A stretch of 64,000 bases of DNA from Macrostomum lignano (Eukaryota): NCBI GenBank assembly GCA_002269645.1, contig NIVC01002461.1:108074-172073 (forward strand). Reading direction: 5' to 3'. Below, in pieces: positions 12,101-24,694 of this stretch. Below the pieces are notes generated by a model. The model did no database searches. It saw only the letters and a program-made list of their open reading frames with translations, and was not told the DNA's origin. The stretch's first letter is position 1. Each line of letters begins with the position of its first letter. The position numbers and the translations under genes were made by a program.

Positions 12101-15100
12101 CCAGATTCTTAGTGTCATACCCTCCAGATTCTTAGTGCCATACCCTCCAGATTCTTAGTGCCATACCCTCCAGATTTTAAGTGCCATACCCTCCAGATTC
12201 TTAGTGCCATACCCTCCAGATTCTTAGTGCCATACCCTCCAGATTTTAAGTGCCATACCCTCCAGATTCTTAGTGCCATACCCTCCAGATTCTTAGTGCC
12301 ATACCCTCCAGATTTTAAGTGCCATACCCTCCAGATTCTTAGTGCCATACCCTCCAGATTTTTAGTGCCATACCCTCCAGATTCTTAGTGCCATACCCTC
12401 CAGATTTTAAGTGCCATACCCTCCAGATTCTTAGTGCCATACCCTCCAGATTTTAAGTGCCATACCCTCCAGATTCTTAGTGCCATACCCTCCAGATTCT
12501 TAGTGCCATACCCTCCAGATTTTAAGTGCCATACCCTCCAGATTCTTAGTGCCATACCCTCCAGATGCTTAGTGCCATACCCTCCAGATGCTTAGTGCCA
12601 TACCCTCCAGATTTTAAGTGCCATACCCTCCAGATTCTTAGTGCCATACCCTCCAGATGCTTAGTGCCATACCCTCCAGATGCTTAGTGCCATACCCTCC
12701 AGATTTTAAGTGCCATACCCTCCAGATTCTTAGTGCCATACCCTCCAGATTTTTAGTGCCATACCCTCCCGATTTTCAACTCAATTTAAGCAGCTTTTTT
12801 GTAAAATCCGAAAAAACGTTAATAAACTACCTTCTGCTGTTTTACATTCGATTTATGATGCTGAGCAGCGGCACTAGCATCCTCTTCATCAGTGGTAGCT
12901 GCATACATAGCCGAAGCATTGCCAGGCTTAGGTTCCGATGGGCTGTGCGCGTCGCATAGAGCAGTCTTGCGAATACCATCGGCCGCTGAGCCGTCCCGAA
13001 CGCCTTCAATGCGCATGTAGAGGCCGGCTTGTAGAGCGCAGGTGACGTGGAAAGCCGTATAGCAATTAGTTTTATGGCATTGGATGCAGGCGCCAACGTT
13101 GCGCTGCTTGCATATGTAGCAGGCCAGCTTCCAGCGGGCTGCTGGGATCTTCTCGATGTTGTCAACCGGCTCTAGGAATACCTGTCATCGGATTGAAAAA
13201 GCGGGAGAATGGGATTATGCTGCTAGGCACGAAAAGGCTAATACTAGGTACGATTAGGATAATCCCAGGTAACGATTAGGATAATCCCAGGTAACGAAAA
13301 GGATAATCCCAAGTACAATTAGGATAATCTCAGATGCGATTAGGATAATTATCAGGAAAGTTGCAATAATTAAAAGCCATTAATCCTCACCGTATTAGAA
13401 AAGATCACTTCGGGAATCCACAGAGCGCACACCACGTGGCACCAACGATTATCCGTAGTCATTTTGAACGCGCCACCCCGGTTAGGGCACAATATGCACT
13501 GGGGCGACTCGCTCGGGCATTGCAGGCATCTCCGGCAGAGCCAGCTGGCCTCGGGCACGTACGGTATGCCGTAGCACTCCTGGTGCACCGCCAAGTTGCA
13601 CATGTCGCAGAACAGTATAGCATTAGTATTGTAGCATTCCCCGTCTAGGCAGATGGTGCAGACAGCGTCGTCATCTTCCATTCGATGATCGCCAGTCGAT
13701 CGGAAATGCGCCTCCTTTTCGAATCTGTCCATCAGCAGTTCCATGGCGTCCTCGCGTACCGGCGCCGGCTGGCGATTGTTAACGGTCAGGCGCTCCCGAC
13801 GGGTGTCATTGATGGCCGCCAGCCAGCGGTCGTCTTCTTCGTCCAGATCGTATTCGACTAGCTCGTCAAGTTCCTCCGCGCTCTTCTCTATGTAGCTGGG
13901 CAGAGGGGAGAAGGGATCTCTGTAATGCTCAGCAACTGATGATGATCTGGGAGGCTGGCTCAGCAACTGATGATGATCTGGGAGGCTGGCTCAGCAACTG
14001 ATGATGATCTGGGAGGCTGGCTCAGCAACTGATGATGATCTGGGAGGCTGGCCCAGCAACTGATGATGATCTGGGAGGCTGGCTCAGCAACTGATGATGA
14101 TCTGGGAGGCTGGCCTAGCAACTGATGATGATCTGGGAGGCTGGCACAGCAACTGATGATGATCTGGGAGGCTGGCCCAGCAACTGAGGATCTGGGAGGC
14201 TGGCCCAGCAACTACTGATGATCTGGGAGGCTGGCTCAGCAACTGATGATGATCTGGGAGGCTGGCTCAGCAACTGATGATGATCTGGGAGGCTGGCCCA
14301 GCAACTGAGGATCTGGGAGGCTGGCCCAGCAACTACTGATGATCTGGGAGGCTGGCTCAGCAACTGATGATGATCTGGGAGGCTGGCTCAGCAACTGATG
14401 ATGATCTGGGAAGCTGGCCCAGCAACTGGGGATCTGGGAGGCTAGCCCAGCAACTGGAGATCTGGGAGGCTGGCCCAGCAACTACTGATGATCTGGGAGG
14501 CTGGCTCAGCAACTGATGATGATCTGGGAGGCTGGCTCAGCAACTGATGATGATCTGGGAAGCTGGCCCAGCAACTGGGGATCTGGGAGGCTAGCCCAGC
14601 AACTGGAGATCTGGGAGGCTGGCCCAGCAACTGGGGATCTGGGAGGCTGGCCCAGCAACTGGGGATCTGGGAGGCTGGCCCAGCGACTGACACTCTGGGA
14701 GGCTGGCCCAGCAACTGACACTCTGGGAGGCTGGCCCAGCAACTGGGGATCTGGGAGGCTGGCCCAGCAACTGAGGATGCAGGATGAAGCAGCTCGATAA
14801 AAAAGAGGGGAACCTATAAAGCTACAAAGGAGGTGAAGAATAGGCAAGAGCCAAAGCCGCACACACACACCGGATGTAGCACTCTGGCGTGGCGGGCCGC
14901 TTAGGCAGCTGATAGGCGGGGTCCACCAGTTCGTATCGAGGCGAAGGAATTTTCCCCGGCGGACTGGCGGGCTGGCCTGGCACCACGGAGCTCGCGCGGG
15001 GCGCTCTCGGCTTGTGCGGCTGTTGCTGCTGCTGCTGATTATGACGGCCAGCCTTGCCAGCTTTACCAGTTTTACCTGGCTTGCCTGGCTTACCTGGTTT

Positions 15101-17371
15101 GCCAGTGGTAGATTGAGAAGTAGAGTCTACATCGTTTGGCGAAGGCGATCCTGTAGCGGTGTTATTCGATGCTTCCGGTTCGCCTGCGAGTTTTTGGGGG
15201 TTAGGTTCTAAAACTCAAGCCTCATGGATCATTCATGATGGGGATTTGAGAATGGGATCATAAGACACTGAGGAATATAACTGGGATCATTTATGATGGG
15301 GATTTGAGAATGGGATCATAAGACACTGAGGAGTATTGAGGATTATTCATAATAGGGATTTGAGAATGGGATCATAAGACACTGAGGAGTATTGAGAATT
15401 ATTTATGATAGGGATTTGAGAATGGGATCATAAGACACTGAGGAGTATTGAGGATTATTCATGATGGGGATCTGAGAAAGGGATCATAAGACACTGAGGA
15501 GTATAGATGGGATCATTCATGATGGGGATTTGAGAATGGGATCATAAGACACTGAGGAGTATTGAGGATTATTCATAATAGGGATTTGAGAATGGGATCA
15601 TAAGACACTGAGGAGTATTGAGAATTATTTATGATAGGGATTTGAGAATGGGATCATAAGACACTGAGGAGTATTGAGGATTATTCATGATGGGGATCTG
15701 AGAAAGGGATCATAAGACACTGAGGAGTATAGATGGGATCATTCATGATGGGGATTTGAGAATGGGATCATAAGACACTGAGGAGTATTGAGGATTATTC
15801 ATAATATGGATTTGAGAATGGGATCATAAGACACTGAGGTGTATTGAGGATTATTCATGATGGGGATTTGAGAATGGGATCATAAGACACTGAGGTGTAT
15901 TGAGGATTATTCATGATAGGGATTTGAGAATGGGGTCATAAGACACGTGAGCAGATTAGCGAGCATGAACAATGAGAAGAGTCTACCAACCAGACACGGA
16001 GGCCGCATCCTCCTGAGTGACAATACAAACATGCAGCGGCTCTTCAATCGGCCAACGAACAGTTCGGCCCTCCAATTCGAAGGTGACATATCGTTGAGAC
16101 TCTTCGTAAGTCAATTGCTGCTCACTAGTGCTCAAAGAGGCGCCAGTACGATCGGGCGAGCCAGAAGCCGCCGAGGCGGATGCTGCTGCAACGCCAGAAC
16201 AGTCGGCAAAGGAGGCACCAGCGGGGCCGTCGCTAGTCGTAGATGCACTCGGACCTCCATGCGACTTCTCCATGTGGCCTCGTATGCCCTAGGCATATGG
16301 GTTGGACATTGTGCATGAGAAATTTCTGCACCCCAATCATTTCGATGCTCCAAAGTGTAAGTGTAAGATGCCGCCCGTTACGAAAAACTTTGCAGCGACG
16401 ACAATGACGACAAGCAACGACAGGATAGAGACGACAGCCTTGTCGATTTACTATTAATTTACTAAAATAAGTATGACTTGTTCAACTCAGTAGTATATTG
16501 CAAATGCGCGCTTCCAAATCCGCTTTGTTGCCTGCTTTCCAACGGTCTCTGATTGGTCGACTGCCAATGGCGACGACAGGTTGATTTGTCGTCAACTTGT
16601 CGTCCTCAGCCTGTCGTCGCTGCAATTCTTTCCCAGCATTCCATACATAGACTGCACACTGGTGTGGGAAAATGAACACAAGAAACTGCGCACAAAATGG
16701 CTACTGCTAAAGAAGCACATGCGAGTGCTCACTGCTCGCTGCAGACTGCAGCTGCTTCTCTGTGATGGTGGTGGTTCTGCCCATAAACTACCACGGAATC
16801 TAAGGGGCTAGTCACAGATCCTAGAAAACACTTAAGAAAGCATTTAGGAAAGAGCCATTGCTGTCACCTACTCGAATCGCCTACATCTGCAACAGAACTC
16901 CCAACATCTATGAGTCAGTCATGCACCCCAAAATGTGCTGGTGCCTTGAAGAAAATTTCACTTGGAATAAAATAGTTTATTCTGCATCCATTTGAGATAT
17001 AGACATAACTTTAATCTTGAGGGGAAATCGGCATTCTGTTCCATGTGTGGAATTTATCCCACAATGCGTCACATATTTAGCGGATGAATTTGCCGCTTTA
17101 AGGTGGAACCCATCATGCAGCATTATTGACCCTGGGGTCAATACTACTGTAGTACTACTGTATGTTCTGTACACACCCTCGCAGTTCTGAAATCAGGTAA
17201 TAATTACAGATATAACATAAATTTTTGTTACATAGCAAAACATTCCAAAATTAAAAATCAAACCTGAAAAGTTTTGTACACAGCTCCACATTCCTGTACT
17301 GGACATGGATAGGGTGGTTTTGTGCCGCGACAATTCTCAATAAAAGCGCCAATGTCAAAGTCCACTGGCAT
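3144..17371 (-). CDS. BRPF1: BRPF1/BRD1 (peregrin)-like bromodomain and PHD finger protein, ~1085 aa, 8 exons
   Basis: complement(join(3144..3687,9467..10107,10648..11121,12831..13181,13391..13895,14871..15207,15991..16288,17264..17371)); all introns GT-AG and phase-consistent. N-terminus [36 protein letters not shown]|[10 protein letters not shown] (C2H2 finger), EPC-like [24 protein letters not shown]-Zn knuckle-PHD ([31 protein letters not shown]), [11 protein letters not shown], bromodomain (IFAEPVD...PMDFSTM...NCHAFN) and PWWP ([15 protein letters not shown]). Confidence 0.95.
5157..8783 (+). CDS. DEG/ENaC/ASIC-family sodium channel subunit, ~594 aa, 4 exons, nested antisense in BRPF intron 7
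   Basis: join(5157..5646,5741..6115,6274..6712,8303..8783); GT-AG, phases 1/1/2 consistent. TM1 ([17 protein letters not shown]), [12 protein letters not shown] motif, YINCYSVN, G-x-x-x-x-L-H...G-x-Y-I-A-P-G, Cys-rich thumb (C...CNCS...C...C-x-x-P-C) and TM2 ([25 protein letters not shown]). Confidence 0.92.
6820..8175. repeat. 32-bp tandem minisatellite (CTTCATTCAGACTGTAGTCTCTGGATCTCTGC), ~42 copies, in ENaC intron 3
   Basis: Direct 32-bp periodicity with variants. Confidence 0.95.
9290..9450. repeat. Polypurine (G/A) low-complexity tract at the 5' end of BRPF intron 7
   Basis: Nearly pure G/A run; source of spurious Pro/Ser-rich ORFs. Confidence 0.8.
10245..10560. repeat. Degenerate ~17-bp tandem repeat (AGATTATCTACAGGGTG) in BRPF intron 6
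   Basis: Repeated GATTATCTACAGGGTGA motif with decay. Confidence 0.75.
11160..12775. repeat. 23-bp tandem minisatellite (AGTGCCATACCCTCCAGATTCTT), ~70 copies, BRPF intron 5
   Basis: 23-bp period; matches the 23-aa periodic ORFs. Confidence 0.95.
13250..13350. repeat. Short 22-bp tandem repeat (ATTAGGATAATCCCAGGTAACG), ~4 copies, BRPF intron 4
   Basis: Direct repeats inside a 209-bp intron. Confidence 0.8.
13928..14780. repeat. ~25-31-bp tandem minisatellite (CTCAGCAACTGATGATGATCTGGGAGGCTGG) with variable GAT count, BRPF intron 3
   Basis: Direct periodicity; source of many spurious ORFs. Confidence 0.95.
15235..15945. repeat. 56-bp tandem minisatellite with 4-unit higher-order structure, BRPF intron 2
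   Basis: Units start at 15301, 15357, 15413 and 15469; the variant order recurs about 225 bp later. Confidence 0.9.
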
Positions 17372-17989
17372 GGCTTAATATTGATTAGTGGTTGAGATGG
17401 CTGAAATGGGTGGATAGGTGTTTACTTGGCTAAAATATGCCAGAATATCTAAAATAATTAGTAGCAAAATTGTATAATTAAAAAATGAAGGAATAAATTT
17501 GCAACATATTTTATATCAAAATCTATGTAAGGCAATGCAAACTCGACATTGTGATTGATATTGACTTTTTTGAAGTAACTAGAAATCCCAATTTATCCCA
17601 ATTTATATGAAATATCAAATGAAGCATACTTTTTACAATAATTCCACTGTAACCAAAATTTCTTATCGATCTCTGTAGCAGTATCTAAATTCCATTTGTG
17701 TAGCCTATCTGTATTCCTAATCTATATCTGTAGCTAATTAATTTCCTATAACTACCCATAACTTCTAATGATTCTAATCTAAATTTAATTTTTAAAGTTG
17801 CTTTGCTACAATTAATTAAGTTAATTGAATATTATGTCTTAGCAATTACTATTTAAACATGTACTGATGCTTCTTCATTTGCTTGTGTAGGATTGATGCC
17901 TTGATTAAAATAGGACTAAATCATTTTAATTTGGGTTCTCATGGTTGTAATAAGACTTGATTTTAATTATGTTGGTAAGGCTTTGTGCT

Positions 17990-18287
17990 CATACATGAGC
18001 AACCTCCGAAATTTGGTCGGCCATGCGACTTAGTTTCAACAAAAATGCGACGTAGTTTTTGGCCAAAAATGCGACTTACATGTAAAAAAACCCTAAAGCA
18101 AAATTAACGCAACTTTGGGTAAACGGCAGGAGTAACTATGACTGTCTTATTAAGCCAAAATGCCTCGTCAGCTACTTAGTACTACTACTTGGTTATTTTT
18201 TCAGGTGGGCATTTTTGCGACTTCCTTGGTTGGCCGCCAGATCGGTCGGCCGGATCGGCCGACTCGGCCGACTGTTGCGCATGTATG
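17990..18287. mobile_element. 298-bp MITE (hAT/P-type 8-bp TSD) containing a 28S rRNA fragment
   Basis: TIR CATACATGAGCAAC / GTTGCGCATGTATG (13/14 match); exact TSD TTTGTGCT at 17982-17989 and 18288-18295. Confidence 0.85.
18117..18180 (+). other. 64-bp fragment derived from 28S (LSU) rRNA, helix 69-71 / R2 target region; not a functional rRNA gene
   Basis: GGGTAAACGGCAGGAGTAACTATGACTGTCTTATTAAGCCAAAATGCCTCGTCAGCTACTTAGT versus the conserved eukaryotic LSU GGGTAAACGGCGGGAGTAACTATGACTCTCTTAAGGTAGCCAAATGCCTCGTCATCTAATTAGT (recalled from memory). Confidence 0.85.
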
Positions 18288-20634
18288 TTTGTGCTTATAG
18301 TTGCAGTAGCTATTATTTATTCTAATTAAGACAATTAATAGTAATTGCTAAGTTTACACAATTATTGTGCATATTAGACCTTTGTATTATATACAAGCAT
18401 ACCATATTATTAGGTTAGCTATTAATTTTCATAAGTGACAAAAAACAAAACAGGGATAGTTCTAGATAGATCCTTGTTAGTTGAAATAAATGTTTTATCT
18501 TAAACAACAATAACAAAATATATCTTTTGTATATTTGTATTCTTAGGCACTTAGAAAGGTATATTATGCATATTTGATTTCAATAATAGAAAATCCATAG
18601 TTATAGGCTTATTTAATTAGTAAAATAGCATACTATAACAAATATCAATGCAAATATTAGACCTACCAATTTAGTATATTTACTATTACATAATCCGGTC
18701 ATTACACAATAGGGTCCCATCATGTTTTTTAACTTTAAGCATTTGTAACTTTTGAACTATAATAGATAGAAAAAAGCTACAAAAAGCAATCTTATAGAAC
18801 TATATAAACTTATAGTTATAACAAATATTTCTGCACAATTTAAACAAGATATAATATTCAATTTTACAAAGTCATTCTGATTTAATAGTAATATTTAACA
18901 ACACTTAAAATGATTTGAAAGTAAAATTATTTAATTTTATATAATAAAAGCACTTTTACTAAGTAGGCCTTAGTCTTTGTTTAAAAATATTTACCTTATT
19001 TGTTGAAACTATTTGTATTGAATTTTCTTTGCTAGTATAATATATAAACAAATCAATTATGCAGCACTACGCTTGTACCATATAATTATAAAGTATAGCA
19101 TATAATTATATAGTTCAATTATGCAGCACTAGTTACTATTAAATTAAAGCACTACCAGATAAGCATAGCATATCTGCAGAAAAATGGGCCACAGAGCTAG
19201 CATATAGTGTAGCTATTGGTATACATAAGACCTAAATGTCATAATTTAAGTTGTGCAAGAAGGTCCTATATTGTTGCAATGCAAAAAAGCTCTTTTATTG
19301 TTGCAATGCCTATCTGAAAATTTCTAGCATGTATATCATGAATAAATTCATTTTTTAATATAAACTTCAATTTATTCACAGGATTAATTATTTCAACACA
19401 TAAATTATATAACAGAAACTATATAACACATTTAAGAGTAGAATAGGGTAGGGACCTATAAGTTAGCATAGGTCTATATTAGGTCTAAGTTTTTTATTTT
19501 TGAAAAATTACACGAACTCAGTCTTCTTTAACAAAACTGTTTACAAGAACTATATAAATACATTTAGTTTTGTTTTAAAGTGGTAATTTAATCTAAAATA
19601 AAAAAATTACTTCACAGGAAAAATTCGCAATCAAGTTTTTAACGCAGTCAAAATCACGACTTTCAGTAATATAAATATCTAAGATCGTAAGATCTCAGCT
19701 AAAGTTAGTCTATGGTATCTCGAAACATCTGAAAGTGTTTAAAAGTAGCGCCAGCTGCGTTAACAAGCATAAACAAAGAACTTGCAGCATCAGGATTTTC
19801 TTTAATATCGTAATTTCAATTTATAGTTTTCGTTTTTCTAGGCAGTTGACTATTTTATTAGCCTAATATTTATCAATTAAGTGGAAGGTACTTTTATATC
19901 CGGTCCTCTCTATCAACCTTACTTTGGCTGGACCCAGTGTCAATTCTACTGCTGCCATCTATAACTAGACTAGAACTAAATTATTTGGTTGCAATGATAA
20001 GCGTGAAGAGTCATTTTCTTCTTCGATTGATGCCAATAGTTTTTTACAATGGCCATGCTACTGGCATTGTAGGCTTAAACACTTCCATTTTGCAAAGCTC
20101 CCAAGCCATCCATATGTGCTGCATGTCCACTGCCAATAGACCTATACTTTTGCCTCTCAACAAAGTCTTGAATAATGTCAATGGTAGCCCTTGTGGCTTT
20201 CCAAAAAGATCTTTGGCTGGAGCTCATAAAGATGACTATATTCTTGATCAGAATTCACTTACAGAAGCAGAAAAGCAAGAAATTGAAGCTTCTGTAAAAG
20301 AAGACTTTGAGGTAATGCATTCAAGTTAAAAAAAAAGAATTTTATTAGATTTAGCTATAGTATAGTATGTTTTATTTCATTTTCAATAATGAAATTGAAA
20401 TGTAATGTCCATATAAAATATAAAAAACTACTAGGGTAGAGGCTATTTGATTTTTTTATTTGTGCCTCATATTGTCTTGTTAAGGCCTATTTTAGACATA
20501 GTTCTAGTGTTAACTCTTGTAGTATTATTTTTTGAATCCTAAACAATTTGAAAAAAAAATTAGCAAAAATTTAATTTGCTAGGGGCCTAAAATAGATTAT
20601 AAATATAACCTTTTTTGCTAACTATATTTGTATA

Positions 20635-21123
20635 CCAGCATGGAATTCTTGCATCTGGCATATAAAACAGAAAATTGCAACTTTTTGTTGGTTCGCAATT
20701 CCATATTGAACAAAACGCAATTTTTACAATCTTAAACAAAATTGAGTGGCGTAGTTTTTGGCATTACCAATTGTCAAAATAATGTTTTGCAATAGTCTCA
20801 TATTCTTATTTTCAGACAACTCATTACAATTAATAGAACACTGATTATCTTGGTTTTTTTAGGTAAAAAAATTAATTTTCAACAGTTATGTTTAAAAAAA
20901 CAAACTATAAAATGTTATGTTTTAGTAATAGTAGTAATTATACACTTAATACTATAAAATCAGTAATTTAAACTGTGCAAACAGTCGCAAAATAATTGGC
21001 AATTTTTGTCGCATTTTTTGCAGCCTGTACAGATATGCAATTTTTTGCATTGCGCAATTTTTCGCATTTTTTTTCCAAAATGCAAAAACGCATTACAATT
21101 TTCGTACAAGAATTTCATTCTGG
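20635..21123. mobile_element. 489-bp MITE with 8-bp TSD (hAT/P-type)
   Basis: TIR CCAGCATGGAATTCTTG / CAAGAATTTCATTCTGG (15/17 match); exact TSD TTTGTATA at 20627-20634 and 21124-21131. Confidence 0.85.
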
Positions 21124-22193
21124 TTTGTATATAGTCAAAAGTTAATGATCAAAAAGGCAATAGTCCAAAGGATCCTAATATATTTAAATGAATTATACAA
21201 TAGATCATAGTGATATTTTAATTGTTAAAATGTATAAATAGTTAAAATATATTAGACTTATAAGTTATATTAGTATTCTATATATTCTATACTATATACC
21301 TATATTAGTATTCTATATTAGGGTATCTAATAAGAAAAAAAATGAAATCCATTTTTTAATCATCTTACATTACTGCCCTAGATTTTATAAGTGAAATGAT
21401 ATTATACTTTTATATACTATTATACTTCTCCAGTTGAGAAGACTGGGCTCTCTGTATTCTCAACTGGAAGCCTTCTATTAGCTCTTAGTAGCATAGGTAA
21501 TGCTACCACTAGTTTCTTTTAGGTCTTGGCCTTCAGTGGGATAAGCTTCCTGTCAAAACAAAATAAATAAGTCAATAAACTCAGTACAGCATGCAAATTT
21601 GCAGATTAATAAACAAGGTGTCCTGGTCAGCAGATCCTGCCAGGCTCAAGGGGTGGCTGGGAAGGCAATGTTAGTCTCCCTTAGGCTTTGGCATCTAAGT
21701 TTAGTCTAGCCAATTACAGATAGCTTAAATGGGCAAGTGAACAAAGTTTAGAAAACTAGACTAAAGAAGAACAATAAGAATACAAATCCTTGACTAAACC
21801 AAGGGTGAAGGGCATGTATTTATAGGCTAGGGAAACCCCGCTGAGCCAGTGTGCGCCGGACATTGTGACTCTGTTCTATTTTTAGAACTGATATCACCCT
21901 CCACCTTAGAGAAGGCAGGGTCTGCGAGTAAAGTGCATAGGGCTGCATGAATTAGTATCTACTTTTAGAAACATGAGTCACCTGTTATCTTAGAGAAGGC
22001 AAGGGCCCAAAGCACATGATTCCTCCCATAAACATGGGACAACAAGTGCATTAAACATATTTACTGCACTTTAGGACTTCAAGAACACAAGACTTGTCAG
22101 GTGACTTGCTCACCTGACAAGGGAAATAGGCCGCCAGTGCAACCTCAGAACGGGAATGAAATGCAGAGCATAGCAGAGAGCTCGTGTTGCAAG

Positions 22194-23687
22194 CATAGTG
22201 ATGGATTGAAATTATTTTTCAAATCAAAATCGAAATCAATTTTTTTGAGCTTAACTAACTTTTTTGCTAATCATACAAAAAGGTTAACACCTTGCCTCTG
22301 CATGTATGAGCTTACATGTTTTATAAAAAGTATTTTTGATATGTTTAAACCAGAATACTTAAGATTTAACTTACTTTAAAAATACGAAATGGCTCATTCC
22401 ATATAAGATGGACATTTTTGGAGAATAGAAAAAAGTCAATATTTTTGCTTGCCATTGCCTTATCAGCCAATTTTTTTACCAAATGTTTTTTATGTGTAAT
22501 ATCTACAATCTAAGAATAAATGAATGATAAAATGTTAGATTAGTATGCTATCAAGTGGCAAAAAGTCATTTTTGTAAAAATTTAGACATTTTTCTAAGCA
22601 AAAGACATCATTAAGTTTGTGTACCTTTTAAAAACAAATAGAAAGCTTTGGAAGGTTGAAACAAACTATAGATAAAAGTATAGTACTTGCATCATCAGAT
22701 AAAAGTATTGGTGACCAAATAATCTATTATATTTTTAATATATTGGTACCTCAAAGTTACTGAATTGACAGAAAAAAATATGTTACGACCATAATGTTAC
22801 GACCATAAGGCTGCCTTTTCTTTTGTATCTTTGTTGCCTTTTTGAGTTATATATTCTACAAAAATTTTGAGTTTATATATTCTACAAAAAGAGTATGATT
22901 ACTAAAGATGTTCTTAGTCAAATTTTTAAAAATGTATTGCAAAATATCAAAAATAAAAATGTTATAAGACTTTTACCTTTTAGTTTCTATATGTCAAAAA
23001 TCCTGTTGTTACGACCATAAGTGCCATTCAAGGTTTAATAGCATCTATACTAATGATGATATCTACATGAAATTCTATAAAAATATTTTTGACAAAATTA
23101 TCTTTCATTTAAAATATTGGTTTAGTATATTCTATTATTATATTTCATTTTATAAGTAAAAATAGCCTGTCATGTTACAACCATGCTTATATGGAATGAG
23201 CCAAATAGAAAATGCTGGTGTATTATGTATTATACACTCGTATATAGAAATATAGGAGTTGTATTTTACTTCACCACTCTTTAAGCTGAAGATCTAGATA
23301 CGAGTAGCCTATATCCATTTCATTAAGGCTTTAAGTCTTTAGCCAATTAAAATCCACGCTGATGAGTTCAGCCAGTGGGCTTGTGGAAGTTGAGGTAGGT
23401 GCAGCACAAGGCCTGGAACAGTGCTTGCCCCGCACAATCTTTTCTTGTAGAAAAGGTGATTCTCACCTCCCCACTGAGGTCTTTGAACTGCACTTCCTTT
23501 CACTTCCTATAGATTTTCTTACTTGTATAGCATGATCATCAATGTCTAAATTGTTAAAATATAACCAAAATTTCGAAATGATTTTTGATGAATGGTGTCA
23601 AAATTCGAAATCAAAATATTTCGATGCAAAATTAGTTTCGAAATTTGGAATATCAAAACCAAAATTGAATTTCGATCTATCACTATG
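22194..23687. mobile_element. Non-autonomous TIR element (CATAGTGAT termini)
   Basis: TIR CATAGTGATGGATTGAAATT versus reverse complement CATAGTGATAGATCGAAATT (18/20 match); CAAG on both flanks. Confidence 0.6.
22391..23202. mobile_element. 812-bp MITE, Sola1-like (AWWT TSD)
   Basis: Perfect 17-bp TIR GGCTCATTCCATATAAG; TSD AAAT at 22387-22390 and 23203-23206; internal TTACGACCATA repeats. Confidence 0.8.
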
Positions 23688-24694
23688 CAAGCAAGTGCGC
23701 AAAGAAAAAGGGGGCACCAGAAAACAGGTAGCAAAAGGAAAGGGAGGCTACCTAGCAGTAGACAGCAATCCAGGGTGAGGGCAAAGAAACTGCTGACAAG
23801 CTGCAATGCCTAACACCAAACAAGCGGATCACTATATTAGTCAACTACTGGCACACCTAGCACACTTGTACAGCTTACCTAGTATATCTGATATACAATT
23901 GAAATTTTTTTTGGGTAACTTTTAGCTTATATATAATGATTCTGATTATGGATTGAATTTTGCATTAGTGCATAATAATATAAATATATAGATATTTAAT
24001 AAAAGTCTAATCCATTTTACCAAATATATTAAAATAAATATGGGTCTAATATATGTGAAATTCTAATTACAATAAAAATATTGTGAGTGTCAACCTTTTG
24101 ACTTGTAGCCCTTATATCCTAAGCTCATTATCCTACATATTCTAATTTACCAAAAATTCACATGTAGTACTAATTATATGACAAGGCATTCAGCTTTAAT
24201 AAGACAGTTACAGTTATTCCCGCCATTTACCTAAAATTGCTAATGAATTGATTAATTAATTTTCATTTAAAATGAATTGGAATTCCAAAACAATCATTAA
24301 GCAAATATAAATCATTTAATTCAAGTTCCTTGTTTTGTTTAATTTATACCTAATTTAAAATATCATTATTTGGATTTTTATATTTTAGGACTAATCAGTT
24401 TTCAACTTTTAGCAATCTGTATAAACTTGGAGTCTGCAGGCTTTGGAAATTTCTGTGGGTCAGAGAGGCTCAGAACTATAGAGGATAGCTTAGATATATT
24501 GCTTCATTATTTCTCTAGCCAGTATCTCAGTTTTAATTTTGGCATCCTGAGTTTGGACCCATAAGGCACAACTCTATTTAGCAGGTGGTTGAGACCCATT
24601 TTAATTTTGTTAGCAATTTCTGGCCTGCAAAGCTGCTGGCTACATCAGACAACTGGTGACATTAATTTATTTTGAAACTTCGATTGCACTGTAG

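Larger units (their letters stand above)
21551..23813 (-). mobile_element. Possible solo-LTR remnant, interrupted by nested TIR elements
   Basis: GC-richer block with TG...CA ends on the minus strand and the GCCTATAAATACA motif shared with the LTR at 53236; no TSD found. Confidence 0.35.

Noticed and set aside
16246-16330. Apparent C2H2 finger with an internal TAG ([23 protein letters not shown]), suggesting readthrough
   Set aside because: The TAG is the splice acceptor. The true first half ([14 protein letters not shown]) is in exon 17264..17371 and restores a canonical finger.
16390-16625. 14-bp inverted repeat TTGCAGCGACGACA in BRPF intron 1
   Set aside because: No TSD found; possibly an old MITE but unsupported.
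16977-17190. [11 protein letters not shown] after a TTTCAG acceptor as an alternative zinc-finger exon
   Set aside because: It lacks the first Cys and the His pair and ends in a stop; the similarity is too short.
19937-20329. 130-aa ORF in an AT-rich intergenic region
   Set aside because: Non-ATG start, no recognisable motif and no supported splice context.
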